Origin: an uncultured Granulosicoccaceae bacterium
Lineage (GTDB): Bacteria > Pseudomonadota > Gammaproteobacteria > Granulosicoccales > Granulosicoccaceae
NCBI GenBank assembly: GCA_964583825.1
Contig: CAZOXM010000009.1
Coordinates: 6,538 to 70,537, forward strand
DNA length: 64,000 nt
Direction: 5' to 3'
A program made the position numbers and the translations under genes. This document shows positions 1-8,690 of the stretch, piece after piece; position 1 is the stretch's first letter, and every line of letters begins with the position of its first letter. The notes under the pieces are model-generated. The model saw only the letters and a program-made list of their open reading frames with translations, did no database searches and had not been told where the DNA came from.

Positions 1-606
1 ATTAACGATGAGCAGGCCTTCCGCGAGTGTATCCAGTGCTTTGCGCACGCGTTCGGGTATTACCGCGTCCGGGTCCAGTTCGCGCAGCGTCTTTTTCAGA
101 AAGAGGCAAAACGCTGCGAAGCCCGACAGGGCGACAAATAACACCACCGAGGCAAAGGAAGCGCGTCTATCCAGCAGTGTGCGGTCGGAGTTGATTTTCC
201 GGTACCTGATCTCAACCGTCGCGATCTGATTATCACCCTCGAACAGAGGAACCTGTACGTGCGTGGGGGTGGAGCGCTCGGTGGGTTCCAGATTCCAGTA
301 TTGCTGATGCGTACCGTAAGAGTCGACAAAGGTACCATCGGCTCGCCTTACTGCGACGGATTCCACCAGCGAGTTTCGGGTGACAGTCGTGCGCAGTAGC
401 TCGGATATTTTCTCTTCGTTCTCCTGCTCAAGTTCCATCGCCACGTGAACAGCGAGTGTTTCAGCGATAAACTTGCGCTCGGTGAGCGCGTTGTTGTCAT
501 ACTTCGGGAACAGCCCGAGGAAGTCACTGGCGAGAAGCAGCGAAACAACCAGCATCATCATGCTGAAGCTGATTCTAAATAGCGGTGATTTTAAAAAGTT
601 AATCAT
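1..606 (-). CDS. Membrane sensor protein, N-terminal fragment (gene continues beyond the left edge): TM, extracytoplasmic segment, TM, then the start of a PAS-like region
   Basis: Absent from the ORF track because it has no stop inside the window. Hand check of the minus frame aligned to nt 1-3: no tta/cta/tca triplet between nt 1 and 792. ATG = complement of 604-606. Translation: MINFLKSPLFRISFSMMMLVVSLLLASDF (TM1) ... RRASFASVVLFVALSGFAAFCLFL (TM2) KKTLRELDPDAVIPERVRKALDTLAEGLLIVN. Output domain not visible. Confidence 0.6.
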   Translation of the reverse strand, partial: MINFLKSPLFRISFSMMMLVVSLLLASDFLGLFPKYDNNALTERKFIAETLAVHVAMELEQENEEKISELLRTTVTRNSLVESVAVRRADGTFVDSYGTHQQYWNLEPTERSTPTHVQVPLFEGDNQIATVEIRYRKINSDRTLLDRRASFASVVLFVALSGFAAFCLFLKKTLRELDPDAVIPERVRKALDTLAEGLLIVN

Positions 607-865
607 ATCAGTCCGCGCAGTAACCAGAACATGCCGGTGACTTGCAGGTGCGTATAGTGGGGCGTGTGAAGTTTGTCCTGACGCACATGCCTCGTGCAGT
701 TGTCGGCTTTCTCCAGGTGCGACTGAATTTGCGCACTTGTAAATATTCGTCACACCCACTGTTACCGCCGCGGCGAGGTGCCGCGTTACGTCTTAACTGT
801 GATGTGGATTGAGATAACAGTGTGTTTGCTCCGCTCGGTGGCGATATTCTGTATCTGTGATTCGG

Positions 866-1702
866 TTATTCGAACGTCAGGTTGCAACGGACACCACTGG
901 GAATACGAAGTCCCGAGTTAGGCATGCTGAGCAAAACACCAAAGGTGCCACTCGCCGCATCCGCTACCCGGTCGACGCTTTTAACGACAGCGACGTGACT
1001 GGCTTCGTTTTCCTGATCCACGTCAATCGCCACCTGCGCCATCATGCCCGGTTCTATCTGACCCAGATGTTTTACCGGTACAATCAGTTCGACGTGCAGG
1101 GGGTCTAGACTCGCGATGCGGTAAACCGGTTCGGCCTCTACGTATTCGCCTACATCTTTATATTTTTCCATGATAACGCCGCTGATCGGGGCGCTAACGT
1201 TGCGTTGTTCCAGTGCCTGCCGCGCCCGTTCCGCCTCCAGTCTGGCAATGCGTTGATTGTCCTCTTCCTGACGTGCCTGCAACTGGGCAATGTGGGTTTC
1301 GGTTCTGACTTTATCCATGTCCTGCGCTGAGATCGTATCCTCTTTAAAAAGCTTCTGGTTGCGTTGCTGAGTGCGCAGACCGAAGTCGGCGTTTTCACGC
1401 CGCAGGTTGAGCGATGTATCAATTGCCGCACGTGCCGCAGCCAGTTCCAGTGTTGCGATCTCCAGGCGGGAATCCAGTTTGGCGACCACATCACCCTGAT
1501 TGATAAAATCATTCTTTTCGAACAGCATTTCTTCGATGACCCCGGGAACACTGGTGCCGAGTTCGACGATCTGGCTTGGCTCAACGATGCAATCCATTGA
1601 CGACAGTGGGGCTGCTTCCGCCACCGTCGACTGTGAGGACTGTACGTTCAGTGATGCCAGGATCAGGGCAGCGAGTGAAATAACTTTGTATGGAGTTCGC
1701 AT
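866..1702 (-). CDS. HlyD-family periplasmic adaptor (membrane fusion protein), 278 aa
   Basis: Signal peptide MRTPYKVISLAALILASLNVQS. Split lipoyl-like halves (GVIEEMLFEKNDFINQGDVVAKLD ... VSAPISGVIMEKYKDVGEYV) flank a coiled-coil hairpin (LEIATLELAAARAAID ... ARLEAERARQALE). C-terminal beta-barrel-like region. Confidence 0.8.
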   Translation of the reverse strand: MRTPYKVISLAALILASLNVQSSQSTVAEAAPLSSMDCIVEPSQIVELGTSVPGVIEEMLFEKNDFINQGDVVAKLDSRLEIATLELAAARAAIDTSLNLRRENADFGLRTQQRNQKLFKEDTISAQDMDKVRTETHIAQLQARQEEDNQRIARLEAERARQALEQRNVSAPISGVIMEKYKDVGEYVEAEPVYRIASLDPLHVELIVPVKHLGQIEPGMMAQVAIDVDQENEASHVAVVKSVDRVADAASGTFGVLLSMPNSGLRIPSGVRCNLTFE

Positions 1703-1726
1703 ATTGAATTATCTCTGCACGTAAGA

Positions 1727-3910
1727 CTAGAAGGGAAGTGTGTTAAGCAGCAGCTGTTGAATGCTTCGAAGCCACTGCTGCACAAGAATTTCCCGCCCGT
1801 GGTTTATTCGAACAAATGCACGTGTACCAAGGCCTGCCACCTTGCTTGCAGTGGGCAGGGCAATGTCGATCTGAAAAACTTTTTCGGCCGTGGTCGTGCC
1901 ATTCTCATCATTGTCAACCACAGCAATTTCCCCACCACCAACAGCGCCGAGTGCGCGACTTGGCAATGCGTTGCTGCCGGCCGGTGTCTGGCGAATAATT
2001 GAAGCTTTTAATTTCTCACCCGGGTTGTCGGCGAGCCGTACTTCGACGTATTCGGTGTCCCGGTTAAGTAAGCCGATGGATGCCTGGGGAATAACGACCC
2101 GAACAATCAGGTCATCCGGGTTAATTACATAGGCGACTGGTTCGCCTTTTTTTACGTAACGACCGACGGTTGACTGATGCCTGGACATCACAAACGTGCC
2201 TGCTACGGTCGAGCGCAGGATCTGTTCTTCCTGTTCTGTTATTAACGCCTCGAGGTCTGCTTCGGCAGTGAACAGTTCCTCGCTGGTCTGATCTGCGGCA
2301 ATCGGATCGGCGAATTTTTCACTTTTTAGTCGCTCACTCAGTTCAACCACTCTGGCCTCAAGCACCACTCTGCGCGTGTCCAGATCCGGGTTTTGAAGTT
2401 CCACCACGGCATCTCCGGGTAGTACGGCAGTTCCGGACTCGTTGTTGACTCTTTCAATAAAGCCGTCGGAACCGGCGTAGACCTGTGCCTGATCCGGTAC
2501 CCAGACAATCCCCTCGGCGTTTGTATACAGAGAGAAAGGAATGATGGACACAGTGAAAAGCAGAGCCCCGACAACTGCGGCCGTTCTACCGAGCGCCTGT
2601 GGACGCATGCCGTTCAGCGAGGTATCGAATAACAGATACTTCAGGCCGCGATACACGGGCATCACCATCATTAAGGCCAGTGACCACACCGCCAGTGCCA
2701 GACCGATGATGAAGTATTTCCCTGCGAGAAAAGAGGCGATAACCAGTGTGATAAATATACGGTAGACCCAGGCCAGCGCACCATAGCTTGAGAGCCAGAC
2801 CTGTTCACTGGGGTCAGTGGCGGGAGAGGTGACCCCGGACTGACCCAGGACGTAGCGCTTGAATAGATACGCATTGAATTTTCCCGCGCGACTGTACAAG
2901 TTAGGAATTTCGATAAGGTCCTGCAAAATGTAGTAGCCGTCGAAACGCAGTAGCGGGTTGGCGTTAAACAGGATGGTCGATACGCTGCCAATCAGGAATG
3001 CCGATAGCGCCGCGTCCTTGATTAAGCCGGGCTGTACCAGTGTCCAGATAATCAGAGCGATCGCTGCAAGAAAAAGCTCGACGATCATTCCCGACGCACC
3101 AACCAGCGCGCGTTTGTATTTTTCCCTGAAAGACCACGCAGCGGATGCGTCGACATAAGGTACCGGCATTAACACGAGCAGGGAAATACCCATTTCGTGT
3201 ACCTCACCGCCCCAGGTCTTTACCGTATATGCGTGTGCGAATTCGTGGAACAGCTTCATCAGAGGGAATATCGCAATGGTCAGTATGATATTGCGCGGGG
3301 CGAAGATATTTTGCTTCAGTGAAGTTGCCAGTTCAGTGAAGTTTATTAACAACAGTACTGCAGCAAAGCCGACCACCATGAGCCAGAACACCGCACCGGC
3401 AAAGGAGTAGCAGGGTCTCACGGTTGAGATCGTGCGGTTCAGGAAACGGTCCGGGTCCAGAAGCGGAAATCGCAGCGCCAGCGGATTAATCAGGCGTCTC
3501 AGCCGGTTGCTGTTCTTTTCCATGCGATTGTGTTTGAACAGTTGTTCAACGTCGGCGGGCAACCCGCTGTGTATGATTCCAGCGTGAAACAGCTGTGACA
3601 GGATTTGTAATATATCTGTTCGGCTAACGCCGTCATCGCCGCGCGTGCGGTTAATGATCTGGTAGATTTCCTCTACGGTTTGTTCGCCGTCGAGTCGTCC
3701 AACGAAGTCATAGGCAGCATCGTTGATGCGCATGTGACGACCGCGTGCCGAGTCACTGATAATGTACCAGCGAGTGCCTCTGAAATACTGTGAATGCGCG
3801 GTGGTGTGACTATGCAGCCGGGGGGATAACTTGCTGACGTGATTCCACTGTTCGGGAATCGCATCTTCCGTCTGCTCCGCCATTGTTGATGATTCCGACA
3901 CCGTTACCAT
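1727..3910 (-). CDS. Peptidase M50 (site-2-protease)-like polytopic membrane protein fused to a C-terminal HlyD-adaptor-like domain, 727 aa
   Basis: HEFAH zinc motif (codons at 3233-3247, verified on the sequence) inside a block of multiple hydrophobic helices. The C-terminal ~250 aa resemble adaptor barrel-sandwich regions (TVAGTFVMSRHQSTVGRYVKKGEPVAYV). The start overlaps the upstream gene's stop by 7 nt (3904-3910). Confidence 0.8.
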   Translation of the reverse strand: MVTVSESSTMAEQTEDAIPEQWNHVSKLSPRLHSHTTAHSQYFRGTRWYIISDSARGRHMRINDAAYDFVGRLDGEQTVEEIYQIINRTRGDDGVSRTDILQILSQLFHAGIIHSGLPADVEQLFKHNRMEKNSNRLRRLINPLALRFPLLDPDRFLNRTISTVRPCYSFAGAVFWLMVVGFAAVLLLINFTELATSLKQNIFAPRNIILTIAIFPLMKLFHEFAHAYTVKTWGGEVHEMGISLLVLMPVPYVDASAAWSFREKYKRALVGASGMIVELFLAAIALIIWTLVQPGLIKDAALSAFLIGSVSTILFNANPLLRFDGYYILQDLIEIPNLYSRAGKFNAYLFKRYVLGQSGVTSPATDPSEQVWLSSYGALAWVYRIFITLVIASFLAGKYFIIGLALAVWSLALMMVMPVYRGLKYLLFDTSLNGMRPQALGRTAAVVGALLFTVSIIPFSLYTNAEGIVWVPDQAQVYAGSDGFIERVNNESGTAVLPGDAVVELQNPDLDTRRVVLEARVVELSERLKSEKFADPIAADQTSEELFTAEADLEALITEQEEQILRSTVAGTFVMSRHQSTVGRYVKKGEPVAYVINPDDLIVRVVIPQASIGLLNRDTEYVEVRLADNPGEKLKASIIRQTPAGSNALPSRALGAVGGGEIAVVDNDENGTTTAEKVFQIDIALPTASKVAGLGTRAFVRINHGREILVQQWLRSIQQLLLNTLPF

Positions 3911-5793
3911 CCGTTGGTCCAGAGCCAGAGTTTGATGCTGTCAATCAGCTTGTGCGTCCAGATCCACAATAGTTTTCTGTCGCCCATCTCTATTCTGGCA
4001 ATGCCTTCCATGCCCGGTCGCAGATCGATGGCATCATCTTCAAAGGTTGCCTCCACACGGAAGTAACTGTTGCCCTCGCCGGAGATTGCAACCGGCAGTA
4101 CCTGTTGGATAACAAATGGTTTCGGTTCACCCGGCAGGGCGGCGATAACCATCTGCCCTGTTTTATTGTTTGAGATGCCTGCCATGTCGCGCTCGTCCAC
4201 TTCGATCGCGGCTCGATACTCCTGTAACGGTGCGACCTCGAAGAGTACTTCGCCTATTTCCACCGGTGAGCCGAGAGATTGACTCAGATCGCCACTGGTA
4301 ACAAAGCCCGCGTAAGGTGCTTTTAATTCGGTGCGCTCGATGCGCTCGCGAACCAGCGACAGTTCGGCCGTGATCTGATCGGCCTTTGCCCGCAGGATAC
4401 TCAGTTCGGTACGGGCGCGCTTGGCGAGGGCTTCCTGATAGGCTTTCTTGACTTTGTTTTCTTCACCCAGCCATTTTTTCAGTTCGAGCTGCAGTGAGCG
4501 GTCATCCAGCCGTGCCAGTACCTGACCTTCTTTGACCGTATCGCCGGCACGTACATCAGATGATTTGATAAAGCCGGCAATCGGCGCGGCGATGACCTGC
4601 GATGTGGCGCCCTCTATGGTGGCGGGTGCAGAAACCCGGTACTCACCATCCAGCACCGAACCCAGTACCAGCACAGCGGCAACACACGCCGCGGCGACCT
4701 TGAGTTTCAGGTGTCTTGGGCCGAACAGCTCGGCCAGTGACTTGCGTGCAGAGTCGGCGGATTTACGACGTAGTGGTCGTTCGTCGAAGCGTTTGAGTTC
4801 GAGCGCCGGTGCGACGGCCGAGAGCACTGATTCACACCATTGTCGGGTGTCGCTGTCGAACGGCTGAGTGGCCTCGCGTTCGAACACAATGGCACCGTAG
4901 CATTCGTTTTGCCCGTTCAGTGGCACCGTCATCACCGAGCATCGATTGTTGTGGTTTGATAAATCACGGTGTGCCTGATCTATCGCGTTCGTGCTGCTGT
5001 CCAGTGATGGCACGATGACTGTGGTGTCCTGGTCCAGCGACTCTTCCATCGCCGCTTCCAGTCGGCGTATTAACTGGGTGCGTGGATCAAAGCTCGCCAG
5101 GTGAGATATGCACTCGGTTCTGACCACAACACCGCGGCGCAGGCCGACCGTGACGCGATCACAATCGAGCCGGACTGCAAGCTGACTGGCAATTTCCATA
5201 CAGGACTTGTGCGTATTGTCGTGGCGCAGAATAGTGGTGATGATTGAATGCGTGAAGGTACCTGCATCCTGTTCCACGCCATCGGAAAGCTGACTCAGTG
5301 AGTGCAGCCAGTAGCCGCCCCACTGCAATAGTTGCATCACTACATTTTGTCGTGACTGGGGTCGTGGAGTCATCAGCAGTGCAACGATCGCAAGCGTCTT
5401 GTCGCCATCGACAACCGGTGTGGCGATAACATCGCCAAGGCGCCCGTTGACCTGCCCAAAAGGTATTTCCGTGTGCAGCACGGGTTTGCCTGCGTGTACT
5501 GCCTCGGCTGCGGCTTTATCGAGTTGTTCCACACCGGCAGCATTGCGGGGACGGATCGCCAGCGGTTTGCCCTCCGGCGTGTAGACGCAGCCGGTTATCA
5601 CGTCGGCGATCATCTTTATCTGCCACAGCAGCCAGCGGTCGGCGAGTTCAGCATTGAGTCCCGACTGTCGTAGCGGCCTGGTGTATTCGTCGTTAGTAGA
5701 CCGTCTGCGACCGGGTATAGAGTGCGGTCTGCCGTCTTTGAGCGAATCCGGTTCAGGTGCACCCGGCTGTGGATTGTCGACTGCGGCACTCAT
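3904..5793 (-). CDS. GAF-like-domain-containing HlyD-family adaptor, 629 aa
   Basis: N-terminal ~340 aa soluble region with two GAF-like repeats by eye (GDVIATPVVDGDKTLAIVALLM; VMTVPLNGQNECYGAIVFERE). One TM (LKVAAACVAAVLVLGSVL). Then an adaptor core (IAAPIAGFIKSSDVRAGDTVKEGQVLARLDD, coiled coil, LKAPYAGFVTSGD). Confidence 0.75.
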   Translation of the reverse strand: MSAAVDNPQPGAPEPDSLKDGRPHSIPGRRRSTNDEYTRPLRQSGLNAELADRWLLWQIKMIADVITGCVYTPEGKPLAIRPRNAAGVEQLDKAAAEAVHAGKPVLHTEIPFGQVNGRLGDVIATPVVDGDKTLAIVALLMTPRPQSRQNVVMQLLQWGGYWLHSLSQLSDGVEQDAGTFTHSIITTILRHDNTHKSCMEIASQLAVRLDCDRVTVGLRRGVVVRTECISHLASFDPRTQLIRRLEAAMEESLDQDTTVIVPSLDSSTNAIDQAHRDLSNHNNRCSVMTVPLNGQNECYGAIVFEREATQPFDSDTRQWCESVLSAVAPALELKRFDERPLRRKSADSARKSLAELFGPRHLKLKVAAACVAAVLVLGSVLDGEYRVSAPATIEGATSQVIAAPIAGFIKSSDVRAGDTVKEGQVLARLDDRSLQLELKKWLGEENKVKKAYQEALAKRARTELSILRAKADQITAELSLVRERIERTELKAPYAGFVTSGDLSQSLGSPVEIGEVLFEVAPLQEYRAAIEVDERDMAGISNNKTGQMVIAALPGEPKPFVIQQVLPVAISGEGNSYFRVEATFEDDAIDLRPGMEGIARIEMGDRKLLWIWTHKLIDSIKLWLWTNGW

Positions 5794-6145
5794 TGTGTAG
5801 ACCTTTTATTCGATGAGATGGTTGCGAGCACCATGGATGTTATTTCGATGACTGAAACTCCCTGCCATCCGGACGTCGGCACTGTCGTTTTGACCGGCGG
5901 TATTCAGTCGCGCGATCTCCCGAATTTTTTGAAAATAATCGATCTAACCGAGCAACATCTGCTCCATGTAAGTGATTGGCAGGGCACGAATCGGTGGGTA
6001 ATGAGAGACAGGTCTCAGAGGGCCGCGACGAGTGCGCCCGGGGGTTTAATAGTTGCGGAGTGTTAAGTCTGTGCCCGCGATGCAGTGTTTGTCTGCGGTG
6101 TCACTATAATGGTGGCTTCTTGAACACGCATCGAAGGCTGGATAA

Positions 6146-6877
6146 ATGATTAGATTTGCGGTGGCAGCGGTCGCAATGGCAATGCTGTCGGGCTGTGCCA
6201 ACTCCGATAAAGTGCTGGAAGGACTCGAGCAGGTTGCCGGGCAGATCGCCAGCGAGGGTGGCGGTGGCGAACTGAGTATCAACGAGATTTCGCGTGGATT
6301 AAAAGAGGCACTGTCGATCGGCTCCCGGCAGGTGGTGCAACAACTGGGTCAGGCCAACGGGTTCAACAATGATCCGGTCATTCGTATACCGTTGCCCACC
6401 GCGCTTGACAGGGCGCGTGACGTCGCCGCCCGGGTCGGGCTGGCCGACGGATTTAACTCCCTGGAAACGCGCCTCAATCGGGCAGCTGAAATAGCCACGC
6501 CGAAAGCCAGATCTTTGTTCATCAATGCCATCCAGCAAATGACACTGGCAGATGCGAAGGGAATTCTGAGCGGGCCGGACGATGCAGCGACTCAGTTTTT
6601 CAGGCGAACCATGGGGCCGCAACTGGCAACGGCCATGACACCCATCGTCGATGACAGTCTGGGGCAGGTTGGTGCGGTGCGTGCGTTTAACAGCCTGTTA
6701 CAGCAATATCGTCAGATTCCGCTCGCGCCGCCGGTGGAAGCGGATCTGACCGATCATGTTGTCACCCTCGGTATGGATGGAATTTTCCACTATATTGCCG
6801 AAGAAGAGAAAGCGATCCGCAATGATCCGGTTCGTCGCACCACCGAGCTGCTGCGCCGGGTTTTCGGCAATCGTTGA
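6146..6877 (+). CDS. DUF4197-family lipoprotein, 243 aa
   Basis: Lipobox MLSGC. The pattern EISRGLKEALSIGSRQVVQQLGQANGF...IRIPLP...DAKGILSGPDDAATQFFRRT...EEEKAIRNDPVRRTTELLRRVFG matches my memory of DUF4197 proteins along the whole length. Confidence 0.8.
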   Translation: MIRFAVAAVAMAMLSGCANSDKVLEGLEQVAGQIASEGGGGELSINEISRGLKEALSIGSRQVVQQLGQANGFNNDPVIRIPLPTALDRARDVAARVGLADGFNSLETRLNRAAEIATPKARSLFINAIQQMTLADAKGILSGPDDAATQFFRRTMGPQLATAMTPIVDDSLGQVGAVRAFNSLLQQYRQIPLAPPVEADLTDHVVTLGMDGIFHYIAEEEKAIRNDPVRRTTELLRRVFGNR

Positions 6878-7024
6878 ATGGCAGTTCGGGCGGGTTTCGG
6901 CTGGCCGTTGTAAACGCGAGTTGCTAATATTGGGGGTTTTGGCTGGCGAGCGGTCAGGCAGATCCGACCGTTCGGTGGCGACGCTCAATCGTTGCGCTAA
7001 TCATTCTATTCGGGAGATTCTCCA

Positions 7025-7219
7025 ATGAGTCATCAAAATGACTCCGGATTTTTCAAAACCTTCGGTATGGTGCTGGGGGGGCTGGTGTGCTTCACGATAT
7101 TCATCATGGTAGTTGCCAACGTCTATTCTCCACGTGCCGATGCGATGTCTGATCCAATTGTGGCCTCGCAGCAGGAAGCGCGCATCATGCCGGTCGGCAA
7201 GTCAAGAATTGCTGAGTAG
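7025..7219 (+). CDS. 64-aa single-TM protein: truncated paralogue of the N-terminal anchor of the downstream cytochrome c5 (possibly a gene remnant)
   Basis: MSHQNDSGFFKTFGMVLGGLVCFTIFIMVVANVYSP...PVGKSRIAE aligns residue for residue with MSHQDDSGFFRTFGLVLGALVLFTIFIALMANLFSP...PVGQSRVSA of the ORF at 7441. The RBS context is also duplicated (ggagattctccaATG vs ggagattcactcaATG). It stops where the paralogue's linker begins. Confidence 0.4.
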   Translation: MSHQNDSGFFKTFGMVLGGLVCFTIFIMVVANVYSPRADAMSDPIVASQQEARIMPVGKSRIAE

Positions 7220-7440
7220 CCACCGCTGTCCCGCAGAGCGGCGGTGTCGAACAACAAATGATGCAGACGGTGATGACCCGGTTCGGTGGTCGTGGCGTAC
7301 TGCGTTGTGTGGGTGAGCGCGGTGTCCCCCATGACCGGCAGTCGGTGCACCCGGCATGCATCCGGACAACACGCGGTTTGCTGGAATCGCGCCGGACCCG
7401 GTGACCCAACGGTTTATTCATTTATCAGGAGATTCACTCA

Positions 7441-8643
7441 ATGAGTCATCAAGACGACTCCGGTTTTTTCCGCACCTTCGGGCTGGTGCTTGGCGCGCTG
7501 GTGCTGTTCACCATTTTTATTGCGCTGATGGCCAACTTATTTTCACCGGCAACCGATCGGTCCGGCGATCAGCTGGTGCAACAGCAGATCGCAGACCAGA
7601 TCGCACCGGTGGGGCAGTCGCGGGTCAGTGCCCCGGCCCCCGCTGCAGAATCCGCAGAACAGCCGCAGGTTCAGCCGGTGGCGGCCAGCACAGTGGCAGA
7701 GACTGAAGCACCGGCAGCGACCGATGCAGATACCGCAGATACCGCAGCGACCGAGGCAGACACCGCTGCCGCCGATGGTGAAAACACGGTTGTGGCCGGG
7801 GCTGAATCAACGCAGGCCGACGCGCCGGTAATCGCCGACGCTGTGATACCGACACGCGTGAAAGCGGTGGTCGAGACCAATTGTGCCGGTTGTCATCTCG
7901 ATGGATTAAACGGCGCACAGCGCAGCGATGATGCCCAGGCATGGCAGGGGCTGGCGGCAAAGGGGCTTGATGCTTTGACAGCGAGTGTGGTGAATGGCAA
8001 AGGTGCCATGCTGCCACGCGCTGAAACGACGCTGACTGATGCGGAGATAACTCTGGCTATACAGCACATGATTGCGCAGTCCGGTGCGCAGCCCGTTGCA
8101 ACGGGCGGTTCAGCCGCAGCGCCTGCCGCCACCGCTCCTGAACAGACCGGCGCAGACACCACGGCGCAGGTGGATGAAGCTGCCTCACAGGAGACAGATG
8201 CCAGTGCGGATATCGCTGATGAAGCAGACGCTGCCAGTGCGGATACCGCTAATGAAACAGACGCTGCCAGTGCAGATACTGCTAATGAAGCAGACGCTGC
8301 CAGTACGGATACTGCTGGTGAAGCAGATGCTGCCGGTGCGGATACAACTGGTGAAGCAGACGCTGCCGGTGATGATGCGACAGCCGCAGTGGTGGCGACC
8401 GCCGACATTCCGGATAACGTGAAGGCGGTGGTCGACTCATTGTGTGCCGGTTGTCATATCAGCGGTGTGGCAAACGCGCCGAAGTTCGGTGACAAGGCGG
8501 CCTGGGACGAGCGGCTCTCGGTCGGTATGGACAAGCTGCTGGCCAGTGCGATTGCCGGTAAAGGGGCAATGCCGGCGCGGGGCGGGGCTCAACTGAGTGA
8601 TGCCGAGTTGCGTTTGGCCATTGAGTACATGATCAGCAAATAG
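7441..8643 (+). CDS. Membrane-anchored di-haem cytochrome c5-type protein with acidic Ala/Asp/Thr-rich linkers, 400 aa
   Basis: N-terminal TM anchor. Two CxxCH sites (CAGCH at 7882-7896 and 8443-8457), each followed by a c5-like core (NGKGAMLPRA / AGKGAMPARGG, the Met ligand context). Low-complexity linkers lie before each haem domain. Confidence 0.85.
   Translation: MSHQDDSGFFRTFGLVLGALVLFTIFIALMANLFSPATDRSGDQLVQQQIADQIAPVGQSRVSAPAPAAESAEQPQVQPVAASTVAETEAPAATDADTADTAATEADTAAADGENTVVAGAESTQADAPVIADAVIPTRVKAVVETNCAGCHLDGLNGAQRSDDAQAWQGLAAKGLDALTASVVNGKGAMLPRAETTLTDAEITLAIQHMIAQSGAQPVATGGSAAAPAATAPEQTGADTTAQVDEAASQETDASADIADEADAASADTANETDAASADTANEADAASTDTAGEADAAGADTTGEADAAGDDATAAVVATADIPDNVKAVVDSLCAGCHISGVANAPKFGDKAAWDERLSVGMDKLLASAIAGKGAMPARGGAQLSDAELRLAIEYMISK
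8212..8376 (+). repeat. In-frame tandem repeat, 5 imperfect copies of 33 nt (11 aa) inside the cytochrome linker
   Basis: Protein units IADEADAASAD / TANETDAASAD / TANEADAASTD / TAGEADAAGAD / TTGEADAAGDD. Coordinates derived from codon 258 of the ORF starting at 7441. Confidence 0.8.
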
Positions 8644-8650
8644 TGCGGCA

Positions 8651-8679
8651 GGCCGGCGCATCCATCCAGTGCGCCGGTC
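8651..8679. terminator. Hairpin between the convergent cytochrome c5 and antiporter genes (possible bidirectional terminator; no clean U-tract)
   Basis: ggccggcgca-tccatccag-tgcgccggtc: 8 Watson-Crick pairs plus G-U and G-C extension, 9-nt loop. Confidence 0.3.
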
Positions 8680-8690
8680 GTCTGCGGTGA

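Noticed and set aside
5722-6282. ORFs 5722-6066 (+) and 6046-6282 (-) in the divergent intergenic region
   Set aside because: They overlap the ends of well-supported neighbours (the GAF-HlyD start and the DUF4197 start), and the sequences are low complexity. More likely a promoter region (a perfect TATAAT sits at 6105-6110).
7220-7440. Search for a decayed haem-binding domain after the 64-aa anchor paralogue
   Set aside because: No CxxCH or GxxxMP remnant in any of the six frames that I could see, so a 'pseudogene of a full c5' remains unproven.
8212-8376. Possibility that the 33-nt tandem repeats are a CRISPR array
   Set aside because: The repeats are contiguous with no spacers, in frame inside a coding region, and imperfect at the codon level. 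No cas genes are in the window.
7893-8408. 171-aa Ala/Ser-rich minus-strand ORF (and several other ORFs at 7625-8422)
   Set aside because: Antisense or off-frame shadows of the GC-rich, repetitive Ala/Asp/Thr linker of the cytochrome gene. The cytochrome frame has the CxxCH domains.
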